A DNA stretch of 58,933 nucleotides, taken from IMG/VR virus record IMGVR_UViG_3300028831_000111, positions 1 to 58,933 of that record. One strand, 5' to 3'. The notes beneath the pieces are model-generated. The model saw only the letters and a list, made by a program, of their open reading frames with translations. It made no database searches and had not been told where the DNA came from. Shown piece by piece: positions 1 through 7,102 of the stretch. A program made the position numbers and the translations under genes. The DNA is from a virus. The number at the start of each line of letters is the position of its first letter. The first letter of the stretch is position 1.

Positions 1-141
1 TCACGGGCGGCAACGAAGGAGTAGGTTCCGTCTGCCTGCTGTTCGAGGTTGTGCATGTCGGCCTCCCTGGCTCGCTTGCTTGTATGACTTGACTATACAA
101 GGTCTTACCAGGGGTTGTCAAGCCAGATGAGTAAGGGCGGA
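1..141. repeat. Terminal overlap, exact copy of 58793..58933 (contig closes into a circle)
   Basis: Bases 1-141 are identical to the last 141 bases. Positions 1-56 repeat the 5' end of the CDS that starts at 58848. Confidence 0.95.
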
Positions 142-174
142 ACCGGTGAAGGAATCCGCCCAGCTCAGAGCCGC

Positions 175-342
175 TTACGTCCGCACGCCCAAGACCCACA
201 GTATGACCAGGGCGATCCCGAAGATGAAGAACCCGGTGGCAACGTGCACCCGCGCGGAGGCTCTCTCTGCGGGCAGTGCTACTGACGAGAAGAGCACCAG
301 CACGCTGACAACCACCAGGAAGGCCCCAACGACAAGGGTCAC
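175..342 (-). CDS. Small membrane protein, two predicted TM helices
   Basis: GTG at 342 overlaps the TGA of the SPFH gene (GTGA). 55 aa with two hydrophobic segments (VTLVVGAFLVVVSVLVLF, GFFIFGIALVILWVLG). G/C at most third codon positions. Confidence 0.55.
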   Translation of the reverse strand: MTLVVGAFLVVVSVLVLFSSVALPAERASARVHVATGFFIFGIALVILWVLGVRT

Positions 343-1277
343 TTCGTGCTGCCAACCACGGCTGGGCCTTGCGTGCCGGGGCACTGCCAGCCCGCCGGAA
401 GGTTCTTAATCTGGTCTTTCTCGGCCATGTCACGCAGGAAGCTCAGGCAGTCTTTCGACGCCTCCGCCGCACGGGTCTTGGAGGCCAGGGCCTCCTGTTC
501 GGCGGTCTTCACCTTCTGCGCGGCAATCTGCGTGTTGACGACCTCTTGGTTGATCTGACTCAGCTTCTCCTGCGTCTTCTGGTCATAGTCGATCCGGGTC
601 ACCTGGAACGACTCCAAGACGATGCCTTTGTCGGCGTACCGGCGCTTCAAGTCGGTGGTCAGCAGCGTCGACCAGTCCGCCGGAGTAGTGATCTTCAGGT
701 TGCCGTTCCCGTCCCGCGCGAACGGGTCATAGGAGCCCATGACGCTTGTCGCCGAGGTCTGGGCGTTGGCCCTAATGAACGACTTCTTCATGTCCCCGAA
801 CGACTTGTACGCCGCCCACAGCGCCTTGATCTTCTCCTTCTGGTCCTCGGAGATGTCGGTCTTGGTAACGGTGGACGCGCCAACGTTCCAGACCAGCACG
901 CCGGAGACGTACATTTCCGACTGGTTCGCCAGCTTCACCGTAATCCGGGGTTCGTTGTCGAAGTTGTCGGAGTCCTTGTCGTCTTCACCCTCGTCAAACT
1001 GGATTGTCTGGTTCCTGGTTGACCAGTCATCGACGGAGGACCACGGACGGGTCATGTGGACCCCCGACGGGACCAGGCCGACATAGCGGCCGCCAGACGT
1101 CTCCAGGCCCACGGCGCGAGCGTCCACGGTAGTGACGAACGACGAGATGGTGATGCCGATGCCGACGATGGCGGCGACGAGACCGCCGCCTTTGCCCGCT
1201 GGCTCTTCGCTGAAGCCGAGCCCGGCAAGGCCGATCAGTACGACGATCAGGCCGATGATGAACAGTACGGTTCCCAC
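339..1277 (-). CDS. SPFH / band-7 (stomatin-prohibitin-like) membrane protein
   Basis: GTG start 5 nt after AGGAGG. N-terminal TM helix, an SPFH-like core, and an Ala/Glu/Gln-rich coiled tail (QKVKTAEQEALASKTRAAEA), all recognised by eye. Confidence 0.75.
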   Translation of the reverse strand: MGTVLFIIGLIVVLIGLAGLGFSEEPAGKGGGLVAAIVGIGITISSFVTTVDARAVGLETSGGRYVGLVPSGVHMTRPWSSVDDWSTRNQTIQFDEGEDDKDSDNFDNEPRITVKLANQSEMYVSGVLVWNVGASTVTKTDISEDQKEKIKALWAAYKSFGDMKKSFIRANAQTSATSVMGSYDPFARDGNGNLKITTPADWSTLLTTDLKRRYADKGIVLESFQVTRIDYDQKTQEKLSQINQEVVNTQIAAQKVKTAEQEALASKTRAAEASKDCLSFLRDMAEKDQIKNLPAGWQCPGTQGPAVVGSTK

Positions 1278-1286
1278 TTAGCCTCC

Positions 1287-1305
1287 TGTATGGTTTGGTA
1301 ATACA
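1287..1305 (-). promoter_or_regulatory. TGTAT-N9-ATACA inverted repeat overlapping a TATTAC -10-like hexamer upstream of the SPFH gene
   Basis: Minus strand reads ATGTATTACCAAACCATACAGGAGGCTAAGTG. Same motif and same position relative to the start as at seven other sites. Confidence 0.5.
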
Positions 1306-1350
1306 TCGCCATAACGACGTATTCCCGGCGGTTATTCCCGGGGGAAACGC

Positions 1351-1389
1351 AAAATGGCGGAGCCCCCGCTTCGTGGGCTCCGCCATTTT
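1351..1389. terminator. Bidirectional rho-independent terminator
   Basis: Perfect 15-bp stem aaaatggcggagccc / gggctccgccatttt with a 9-nt loop, flanked by A4 and T4. Confidence 0.8.
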
Positions 1390-1399
1390 GTTCCCGATG

Positions 1400-1478
1400 G
1401 AATCGCAACCGGGGTGACCCGGGTCGGGGCCGATTACCAGGGAGGCAACCCCGGCCCGAGACATCCCGGTTGCGATTC
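1400..1478 (-). ncRNA. 79-nt extended hairpin; minus-strand loop GCCUCCCUGG is complementary to the phage start-associated sequence
   Basis: Outer 14-bp perfect stem gaatcgcaaccggg / cccggttgcgattc and inner 9-bp stem with one mismatch. Loop carries ccagggaggc (1437-1446, plus strand). Lies between the HNH-like gene and terminator 1351-1389. No ORF. Confidence 0.4.
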
Positions 1479-1560
1479 ACCGATTCACTTTCAAGAGGCA
1501 ACGCCAGCCGCCCCTCTCCAGTGACTCTCTCACCGTAGTGTCTTTCCCGGTCATACGCAA

Positions 1561-2052
1561 CTATGCGGACTGCTCCAAGAAGAAGTCGATGAGCATCTGT
1601 GTCTTCTCGCGCCTGACCTGGTGCTTGTCCGTCATGGGGATCGTTCCGTTGCGCCGCTTACGGCACGTTTCACAGACTAAGTCGCACCACTTGACTCGCT
1701 GCAGGAGGTTCTCCAGCCGGTGCCCCATGAAGCGGCCAGGCGCGCGACGGTCGCCGTCCGGCGGATACCCCCAGTGCATGAAGTTCAGCAGCTTTTCCGG
1801 CGTGGACGGCTTGCCGCAGTCGATGCAGGCGCCGCCCATCATGCGGGCGCAGAATTCGTAATTCTCGTGATAGCGCCGTTTTGAATAGTCGGCGGTCCAG
1901 GCCCGGTAACATTCGCGGCAATAGTCACGGGTTTTCCGGTTCGTGTTCCATGCCGGTGCATTGCAGATCCGGCAGACGGGGGTAAAGGGAGTCGTCACGT
2001 CGCGTCCGTCGTCCCGGATGACTGCCGCTGATCGGGCGGTGTGTTCAGCCAT
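1561..2052 (-). CDS. Zinc-finger / HNH-like endonuclease homologue (final His replaced by Arg)
   Basis: ATG at 2052 chosen because the longer ORF runs into tRNA-like sequence. Several CxxC pairs and the tail NFMHWG...KWCDLVCETCRKRRN resemble HNH. Confidence 0.5.
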   Translation of the reverse strand: MAEHTARSAAVIRDDGRDVTTPFTPVCRICNAPAWNTNRKTRDYCRECYRAWTADYSKRRYHENYEFCARMMGGACIDCGKPSTPEKLLNFMHWGYPPDGDRRAPGRFMGHRLENLLQRVKWCDLVCETCRKRRNGTIPMTDKHQVRREKTQMLIDFFLEQSA

Positions 2053-2107
2053 CGGTGCACCCACGCTCCCTCTACTGTGGCGCCGTTCCCTTGGTGTGCG
2101 TCGTGGT

Positions 2108-2262
2108 GGTACCGAACCGGTCAGAGGATTCGAACCCCTGAACCTCGTGGCGTTAACCGCGAATCCGGCCACGAGGTGACGGAAGCCACCCCGGTGCGAG
2201 GTTACCTGAGAACAAGGCGGCGGGGCCGTTCGTAGGTGCTCTGCCGCTTGAGCTACCGGGCG
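2108..2262 (-). pseudogene. tRNA-derived remnants or non-canonical tRNA-like RNA
   Basis: Minus strand shows a consensus D-arm TAGCTCAAGCGGCAGAGC (2238-2255), a CTACGAA loop with no pairing stem, a 9-bp hairpin (2143-2176), and a 7-bp stem with a TTCGAAT loop (2121-2141). No complete cloverleaf can be drawn. Confidence 0.35.
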
Positions 2263-2272
2263 GGCGCGATGC

Positions 2273-2344
2273 CTACCCGGGCGGGACTCGAACCCGCAAC
2301 CACCCGCTTACAAGGCGAAGAATTCCCCACCTGCGCACCAGGTC
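2273..2344 (-). tRNA. tRNA-like gene, candidate anticodon UGU (Thr); D-stem not formable
   Basis: Acceptor GACCTGG/CCGGGTA pairs at 6 of 7 positions. Anticodon arm TTCGC-CTTGTAA-GCGGG and T arm GCGGG-TTCGAGT-CCCGC are present. The D region has G18/G19 but no pairing. Confidence 0.5.
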
Positions 2345-2350
2345 ACTTCG

Positions 2351-2426
2351 AGCCCCCGCCAGGATTTGAACCCAGCATCTCCGCAAGTATCAGTTGCAGC
2401 GCTCTGACCAATTGAGCTAGGGGGCC
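2351..2426 (-). tRNA. tRNA, candidate anticodon GAU (Ile)
   Basis: D arm GCTC-AATTGGTCA-GAGC, anticodon arm TGCAA-CTGATAC-TTGCG, T arm CTGGG-TTCAAAT-CCTGG, GC-rich acceptor. Junction lengths are slightly non-canonical. Confidence 0.6.
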
Positions 2427-2427
2427 T

Positions 2428-2459
2428 GGCGTTCAGGGGGCACCATCCCCCTGAACGCC
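2428..2459 (-). terminator. Stem-loop terminator after CDS 2470..2979
   Basis: Perfect 13-bp stem ggcgttcaggggg / ccccctgaacgcc with a 6-nt loop, 10 nt after the stop. Confidence 0.65.
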
Positions 2460-2469
2460 TGCGATCGTA

Positions 2470-2979
2470 CTACTCGTCGTCGTCCTCGTCGGCGTCCGCC
2501 GAGTCGGCGTCCGGGTTGCCCTTGCGGTACGCCTCCACCTGCGCCAGCGCGGAGAGCCACTGCGCCTGCTCCGGGTCGGTGGGGGTCTCGCCCGGCAGGC
2601 CGGTGACGGTGGCGTTGTCGAAGTTGAACTGGAGCGGCCCGCCCCGGCGGCCGTACTCCAGCCGGTTCAGGTTGGCGTCGCTCTCCGCGCGCTCCTTGGC
2701 GCGAGCGAGAGCCATCTCACGGCTGGTGCTGGAGTTGAAGCGGTACTCCACGACGCCGGTCGTGGGGACCGAGACGACCACGTCAGTGTGGTTGCTGTTG
2801 ATGTAGGGCTTGGTGGGCAGGCCCAGCTCACGCATCGCGGTGTTGAAACCGTCGTCGCACCAGCCGTTGTTGTTCTTGTTGGCCAGGGCCACGGAGAAGA
2901 CCTTGACCTCGAACGGGGTGAGCTGTCGGGGTGCGGGGTTCTCGGCGGGCGCCTCTTCGGTCGTGACCTGATCGGTCAT
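2470..2979 (-). CDS. Hypothetical protein with an acidic C-terminal tail
   Basis: ATG at 2979 preceded by AGGAGGAAAA. The upstream part of the longer ORF has no RBS. Ends ...DADSADADEDDDE. Confidence 0.75.
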   Translation of the reverse strand: MTDQVTTEEAPAENPAPRQLTPFEVKVFSVALANKNNNGWCDDGFNTAMRELGLPTKPYINSNHTDVVVSVPTTGVVEYRFNSSTSREMALARAKERAESDANLNRLEYGRRGGPLQFNFDNATVTGLPGETPTDPEQAQWLSALAQVEAYRKGNPDADSADADEDDDE

Positions 2980-3078
2980 TGGGGTTTTCCTCCTGGTCGG
3001 AATGGCTTGCGGGTTGGAAGACCGGCAGGGGTGAGCGCCACTGCTCTCCAGCGTCTCTTCCCTCACCCCTGCCGGGGT

Positions 3079-3318
3079 CTACGCGGCTACTGCAGCGGGT
3101 TTCGGCTGCAGTTCACCAACGAGCACGGTACGGAGCCCGTGATTGCGGTTGAACGTGTCGGCGATCTCGTACGCGGCGCTGTAGCGCAGTTCGAACAGTG
3201 CGCCGTCCCAGTCTTTCGCTGACGTCATGGCAACGACTTCATCAACCGTCAGGGTCTGGCCTTTGATCGTGTACGGCTTCCCGGTCCGGGCGACCGTTTT
3301 CACGTCGTCGGCTGTCAT
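3079..3318 (-). CDS. Hypothetical protein
   Basis: ATG at 3318 (MTADDVKTV...). The ORF-track start at 3357 is a TTG sitting inside a GAGGGAGG motif. Confidence 0.6.
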   Translation of the reverse strand: MTADDVKTVARTGKPYTIKGQTLTVDEVVAMTSAKDWDGALFELRYSAAYEIADTFNRNHGLRTVLVGELQPKPAAVAA

Positions 3319-3401
3319 CGTCGCCTTGCTGTTCTGGGTCAACTGTGCCTCCCTCAACGTCTTCTGTCAACCCTGACCATACAACGGCACCGTGTTGCTC
3401 G

Positions 3402-3575
3402 TCACTCGGCGCCTTGTAGACCCCGAGGATGTGTCGCTTGAACGGGTCTTTCCTGCGCTTCCTCGGCGGCACGGCGGGTCTCCTTCTTGATCTTCATCCG
3501 GCCAGACTTGCGCATGATCCGGTGTGTCGGGCCGCACGGGTAGCCGTAGAACCAGGCGCCGTCCCTGCCAAGCAT
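3402..3575 (-). CDS. Hypothetical small basic protein
   Basis: ATG at 3575 (MLGRDGAWFYGYPCGPTHRIMRK...). High GC3 in the first two thirds, but an alternative frame looks equally coding near the 3' end. Confidence 0.35.
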   Translation of the reverse strand: MLGRDGAWFYGYPCGPTHRIMRKSGRMKIKKETRRAAEEAQERPVQATHPRGLQGAE

Positions 3576-3611
3576 GTTGCTCACGGCATGTCCTCGGGTA
3601 TCTGTCCGGGT

Positions 3612-3764
3612 ATGGACCTGCTGGTGTTGCTGCTCTTGCTGGTCGCCGTGGTGTGCTTCGCCTTGGCGATGTTCAACGTGCCGACCCGATGGAACATGGT
3701 CGGCGCTGGCCTGCTGGCGTGGGTGTTGAGCGTGTTCATCCCGGCTCTCGCCGGGCACTTCTAG
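3612..3764 (+). CDS. Small membrane protein (plus strand)
   Basis: 50 aa, MDLLVLLLLLVAVVCFALAMFNVPTRWNMVGAGLLAWVLSVFIPALAGHF. Almost every codon ends in G/C. The RBS is weak. Confidence 0.5.
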   Translation: MDLLVLLLLLVAVVCFALAMFNVPTRWNMVGAGLLAWVLSVFIPALAGHF

Positions 3765-3883
3765 TCGCCGGAACCTCCCCCAAGAGCTTTCGCTATGCCG
3801 GTCACGATCGCCCCGAGGACCAGGATCAGGCATATGACCTGCCCGAAGCTCAGGGAAAAGAACCAGTCGGTGAGCTTACCCAT
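3761..3883 (-). CDS. Small membrane protein
   Basis: 40 aa, below the ORF-track cutoff. ATG at 3883 follows GGAGAGG at the end of the upstream gene. Hydrophobic core QVICLILVLGAIVTGIA. Confidence 0.55.
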   Translation of the reverse strand: MGKLTDWFFSLSFGQVICLILVLGAIVTGIAKALGGGSGD

Positions 3884-3888
3884 ACGTT

Positions 3889-4125
3889 TTACCTCTCCAG
3901 AAGGGCCGTCAACGCCTTCCGGTTCAGCTCCGCCGTGTCGATCGAGAGGTGCGTGTAGCGGAGCCGCTCCAGGGCGGAGCGGGCAATCATCAGGTCAACG
4001 GGTTCGAACAGCCACCACGGGGCCACGCGGTGACGGGCGGGCCGGGCGTAGCGGTGTGCCCAGCTCACAGCGGGTCGAGCAAGGATCATGAGCAGGAGAA
4101 CTGCGGTGCGCAGGTGCCAGGTCAC
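3889..4125 (-). CDS. Hypothetical protein
   Basis: GTG at 4125 overlaps the upstream TGA (GTGA coupling). Confidence 0.65.
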   Translation of the reverse strand: MTWHLRTAVLLLMILARPAVSWAHRYARPARHRVAPWWLFEPVDLMIARSALERLRYTHLSIDTAELNRKALTALLER

Positions 4126-4583
4126 GAACTGTTCCCTTCCAGTTGGTGCAGCCCGCCTTCTGCGAGCCGACGCACGGTCTCCCGTGCGGTAACGCGTGCC
4201 TCCGGATCTTTGACAATACGCAGCACGGGAGCGCCGTCGGTCAGCGTCACCCCCGGAATCACTTCCCCGGTGTCCGGGTCGCAGCAGACGCCTTCGCGTT
4301 CGCAGATGCGTTTCAATGCAACGATGTACGCCGGGTTGACTCGCTGCACCAGCATGTCCGGGCGCCGCTCACGGACCCACGCGAGCAAGACCCGCTCGTT
4401 GACGGTTGCCGTCGGCTTGCCCCGGCTGAGCGTCGCCGTTCCAAGAGGGTTGCTGAGCCGCTCGATGCCCACAGCGGCGAAAGCGTCGATGAGCGCGGCC
4501 CGTTTCTCCTCGGTGACCTCGGCTACCGCGTCGAGGAACAGCGCCCATTCGAGTGCGGCCCGGCTCACCTCGGGGATGTCCAT
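4122..4583 (-). CDS. Hypothetical protein in the recombination module
   Basis: ATG at 4583 preceded by GGAGGG. Protein-like composition. Two small genes downstream of recT. Confidence 0.75.
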   Translation of the reverse strand: MDIPEVSRAALEWALFLDAVAEVTEEKRAALIDAFAAVGIERLSNPLGTATLSRGKPTATVNERVLLAWVRERRPDMLVQRVNPAYIVALKRICEREGVCCDPDTGEVIPGVTLTDGAPVLRIVKDPEARVTARETVRRLAEGGLHQLEGNSS

Positions 4584-4603
4584 TCAGCCCTCCAGGATCG
4601 TCT

Positions 4604-4756
4604 CTAACGGCCTTCGTGCCGCCTGGCCCGGTCTTCATCCCGGCGGGCCTTGAAGACGGCCCAGCGGGCGCGCCAGGGGGCCGGGTTGGCGTAGTAGATG
4701 CAGTAGGCAACGATGCCGAACGCTACGCCGATCGCCACCGGGATGAAGATCTTCAC
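4604..4756 (-). CDS. Small membrane protein
   Basis: GTG at 4756 overlaps the upstream TGA. TM segment IFIPVAIGVAFGIVAYCIYY. Confidence 0.55.
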   Translation of the reverse strand: MKIFIPVAIGVAFGIVAYCIYYANPAPWRARWAVFKARRDEDRARRHEGR

Positions 4757-4983
4757 CGCCGCCTCAACATCGTCCAGTGCAGATACAGCAGCAAGTTCGT
4801 GCCGACCAGCGCCCCGACCAGGGTGGTTACGGGGCCGCGTACGTACCAGTGCTCCCACAGCCCCCCGTTATCGGTCATGGCCACCAGCAGCACCGACACC
4901 CACGCCGAGACGAACGACGTCGCCAACGGCGCGGGAGGCCAGTTCAGGAACCGCCAGACCATCTTGACTATCCAGCGGATCAC
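4753..4983 (-). CDS. Membrane protein
   Basis: GTG at 4983 overlaps the recT stop (GTGA). Two hydrophobic segments. Confidence 0.65.
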   Translation of the reverse strand: MIRWIVKMVWRFLNWPPAPLATSFVSAWVSVLLVAMTDNGGLWEHWYVRGPVTTLVGALVGTNLLLYLHWTMLRRR

Positions 4984-6023
4984 CGCTCGCCCTCGTTACT
5001 CCACGATGCGGCGGCTTCCTCCCGCATCTTCTGGGCGTGCTCGGTGTTGACCTCGGGCTTAGACTCCTCGTCGGGTTCCACGATTTCGGCGTCCTGGATG
5101 TCGGGTTCCGCCAGCCTGGCCGCCTCCGCCTGAATCATCGCGATCTTCATCTGCAGCGCATCGCGGATCGTCACGATCTCCTGTTCGGCGCCGGGGACCT
5201 TCGTCACCGTCACGTAGGTGTCGAGCAGCGACAGTCCGTTCGCGAACCGGTAGAGCGCCCGGATATCGCTTTCGGTGACACCGTCGGCGTCGGTGAGGTA
5301 CTTCATCCGCGCAACCATCTCGCTCTGTACTGTGCCGCCGCCGGTTTCGATGCCGAGCGACGCGCGTTCCTTGCCGATGCGTGCGTAGTTGATCAACTGC
5401 TCCGGGTTGGCCGAGGCCACGTCAGCAAGGAACTTCGCCAGCTCCTGGCCTTCCATCGGCTTCACCTCCTCCGCCTCCTCGGCGGATTCGGCGCCTTCGG
5501 CGATCGTTCCGTCTTCGTTCTCCACGGCGCCCAGCTCATCCGGGGTGTAGATCACGCCGTAGAGCACGTCGGGGCATTCGTCGCGCATGGCGATGCTGGT
5601 TGCGCGGGCAACGAGCATCGCCTTCGGGTACTTCTTCCAGTTGCTCTTGGTGTGCAGTTCGGCGTCAATGGCCTCCTGCCAGGAGAATGACGCACGGTAC
5701 GGGGTGTCGGAGTCGGCTCGCTGAATTTCAACGATCGCCTCGTCCCGCTCCCGCTTGATGATCTTCACCTTATGCCCGGCTCGAATCGCCAGGCCGCGCA
5801 TCAGTTCCGCCGAGATCGACAGCTTGCCCTCAATCACGTGCATGGACTGCAGCGCCCAGAACGCGGAAACGTTCAGCGACCGGGCGCCCGCCAGGATGAT
5901 CAGCACGTTCGCGGGCTTGCCGCGCAGGTGGGCGGGCAACAGCGACGACTCCGCGTAGACCTGCGCCATGCGCATTTGCTTGTCGAAGTCGGACGGGACG
6001 TCGGTCCGCACAAGATCACTCAA
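4980..6023 (-). CDS. recT: RecT-family single-strand annealing recombinase
   Basis: RecT-like blocks recognised by eye (LLPAHLRGKPANVLIILAGARSLNV, KYPKAMLVARATSIAMRDECPDVLYG). TTG start overlaps the upstream gene. Confidence 0.85.
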   Translation of the reverse strand: MSDLVRTDVPSDFDKQMRMAQVYAESSLLPAHLRGKPANVLIILAGARSLNVSAFWALQSMHVIEGKLSISAELMRGLAIRAGHKVKIIKRERDEAIVEIQRADSDTPYRASFSWQEAIDAELHTKSNWKKYPKAMLVARATSIAMRDECPDVLYGVIYTPDELGAVENEDGTIAEGAESAEEAEEVKPMEGQELAKFLADVASANPEQLINYARIGKERASLGIETGGGTVQSEMVARMKYLTDADGVTESDIRALYRFANGLSLLDTYVTVTKVPGAEQEIVTIRDALQMKIAMIQAEAARLAEPDIQDAEIVEPDEESKPEVNTEHAQKMREEAAASWSNEGER

Positions 6024-6195
6024 CGACGATCAACTCCCCACCAAAGTCGCACTCGCCCCAGCACGAGTGGTCACGAAACACCTCGAACATCGGTCGGATG
6101 GTCACGCCTGGATTCTCAGGCCAGATGTCTTCGTCCAGGGCAATGCGAAAGTCCCCGTCGTCGTCCATCTCCAGCTCTTCCTTGACCTCGTACAT
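6016..6195 (-). CDS. Small acidic hypothetical protein
   Basis: ATG at 6195 (MYEVKEELEMDDDGDF...) preceded by GAAGGG. The longer ORF start lies in the operator. Confidence 0.6.
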   Translation of the reverse strand: MYEVKEELEMDDDGDFRIALDEDIWPENPGVTIRPMFEVFRDHSCWGECDFGGELIVVE

Positions 6196-6213
6196 GGCGG
6201 CCCTTCGTCGTTC

Positions 6214-6232
6214 TGTATGTCCCAAGCATACA
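6214..6232 (-). promoter_or_regulatory. TGTAT-N9-ATACA inverted repeat with a TATGCT -10-like hexamer
   Basis: ctgtatgtcccaagcatacat lies 18 nt upstream of the ATG at 6195, in a 47-nt intergenic gap. Confidence 0.45.
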
Positions 6233-6242
6233 TCTTTGCTGG

Positions 6243-6590
6243 TCAGTTGTCCCAGGCGGTTGCGCTGCGGGCGGCTTCGCGAGCTTCATCGTCTCGAACG
6301 GTCCGCTGCAACTCCTGCCGATCCCTCGCCGTTTCTTGGATCTTGGCCACGTCAGCCTTGCAGGTCCGGCACGCGTCCATGGTCCCGTCATGCCGCTCGA
6401 TCCAGCCACCCTCACACGGGTAGTCGTGGGTGCACCTGCATTTCGCATTGCCACACCGGATCTTCAGAGCCTCCCGCGACGGGCTGCTGTAGAGCGCGCT
6501 CCCCCGCTGATCTTCGACTTCGCCGAGCCACTTCACGAACGCGTCATCGGAGAACGCCTTGCCCTTGCCCACCTTGTGTGACCAGCTCAC
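6243..6590 (-). CDS. Cys-rich (zinc-finger-like) hypothetical protein
   Basis: GTG/TGA overlap with the upstream gene. Motifs CGNAKCRC...C...CRTC. Confidence 0.7.
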   Translation of the reverse strand: MSWSHKVGKGKAFSDDAFVKWLGEVEDQRGSALYSSPSREALKIRCGNAKCRCTHDYPCEGGWIERHDGTMDACRTCKADVAKIQETARDRQELQRTVRDDEAREAARSATAWDN

Positions 6591-7102
6591 GCCGCATCCC
6601 CGTCCTTCTCCGGCTGGAGCTTTTCGTTGAGCATCAGCAGCTCCAGCGCGCGCAACTGCCGCTGCCGCTCCGCTTCGAGGTCAACGATCTTGTCGGCGTT
6701 GTTAATGATCGGCAAGCTGTCCGGCGCAGGCTCCAACCACCCTGCCCGCTTGCGCGCATGCTCCCACTTCAGGAACGGCGACTCCACCGGTTGCAACAGC
6801 GGCGGGTTCACCTTCCCCTTCGGACCTTCCAACGCACGCTGCTGCGCCTCGGCCGCCCGCTCCTTCGCCCGGCGGCGACGGTCACGGACCTCCTTGCAGA
6901 CCTCCAGGAGTTTCCCCGGGCGGATCATCGCGTTGTCCGAGGAGTCCACCGCCCACTTGGTCACGGCCTCGTCAACGACCGAGTACGGCACCGGCTGGAA
7001 GATCTCCAACCAGGCCAGGGCGGTTTCCTCGTCGGTCAGCGTCCAGCGGGGGTCGTATCGGCCGATCTTCTTCAGCGCATCGACCATCTCGTCAAGCGTC
7101 AC
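6587..7102 (-). CDS. Hypothetical protein, replication-module associated
   Basis: GTG/TGA overlap with the replication-initiator gene. Basic coiled central region. Confidence 0.7.
   Translation of the reverse strand: MTLDEMVDALKKIGRYDPRWTLTDEETALAWLEIFQPVPYSVVDEAVTKWAVDSSDNAMIRPGKLLEVCKEVRDRRRRAKERAAEAQQRALEGPKGKVNPPLLQPVESPFLKWEHARKRAGWLEPAPDSLPIINNADKIVDLEAERQRQLRALELLMLNEKLQPEKDGDAA

Noticed and set aside
1437-1446. Plus-strand CCAGGGAGGC, considered as the RBS of an unannotated plus-strand gene.
   Set aside because: No ATG, GTG or TTG follows at usable spacing and no ORF opens downstream. It is treated as part of the 1400-1478 hairpin.
2121-2141. T-arm/acceptor-like tRNA 3' fragment, considered as an attP core.
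   Set aside because: No integrase gene was recognised anywhere in the genome, so an integration site cannot be supported. It is kept only as a tRNA-derived remnant.
3242-3472. 76-aa ORF whose 5' part has coding-like GC3 (KDPFKRHILGVYKAPSDEQHGAV).
   Set aside because: It has no stop until it has crossed a TTGACA element, a GAGGGAGG site and 76 nt of the next gene. Its GC3 collapses after about 3385. This could be a frameshift relative to 3402..3575, but I could not decide, so only the 3402..3575 frame is listed, at low confidence.
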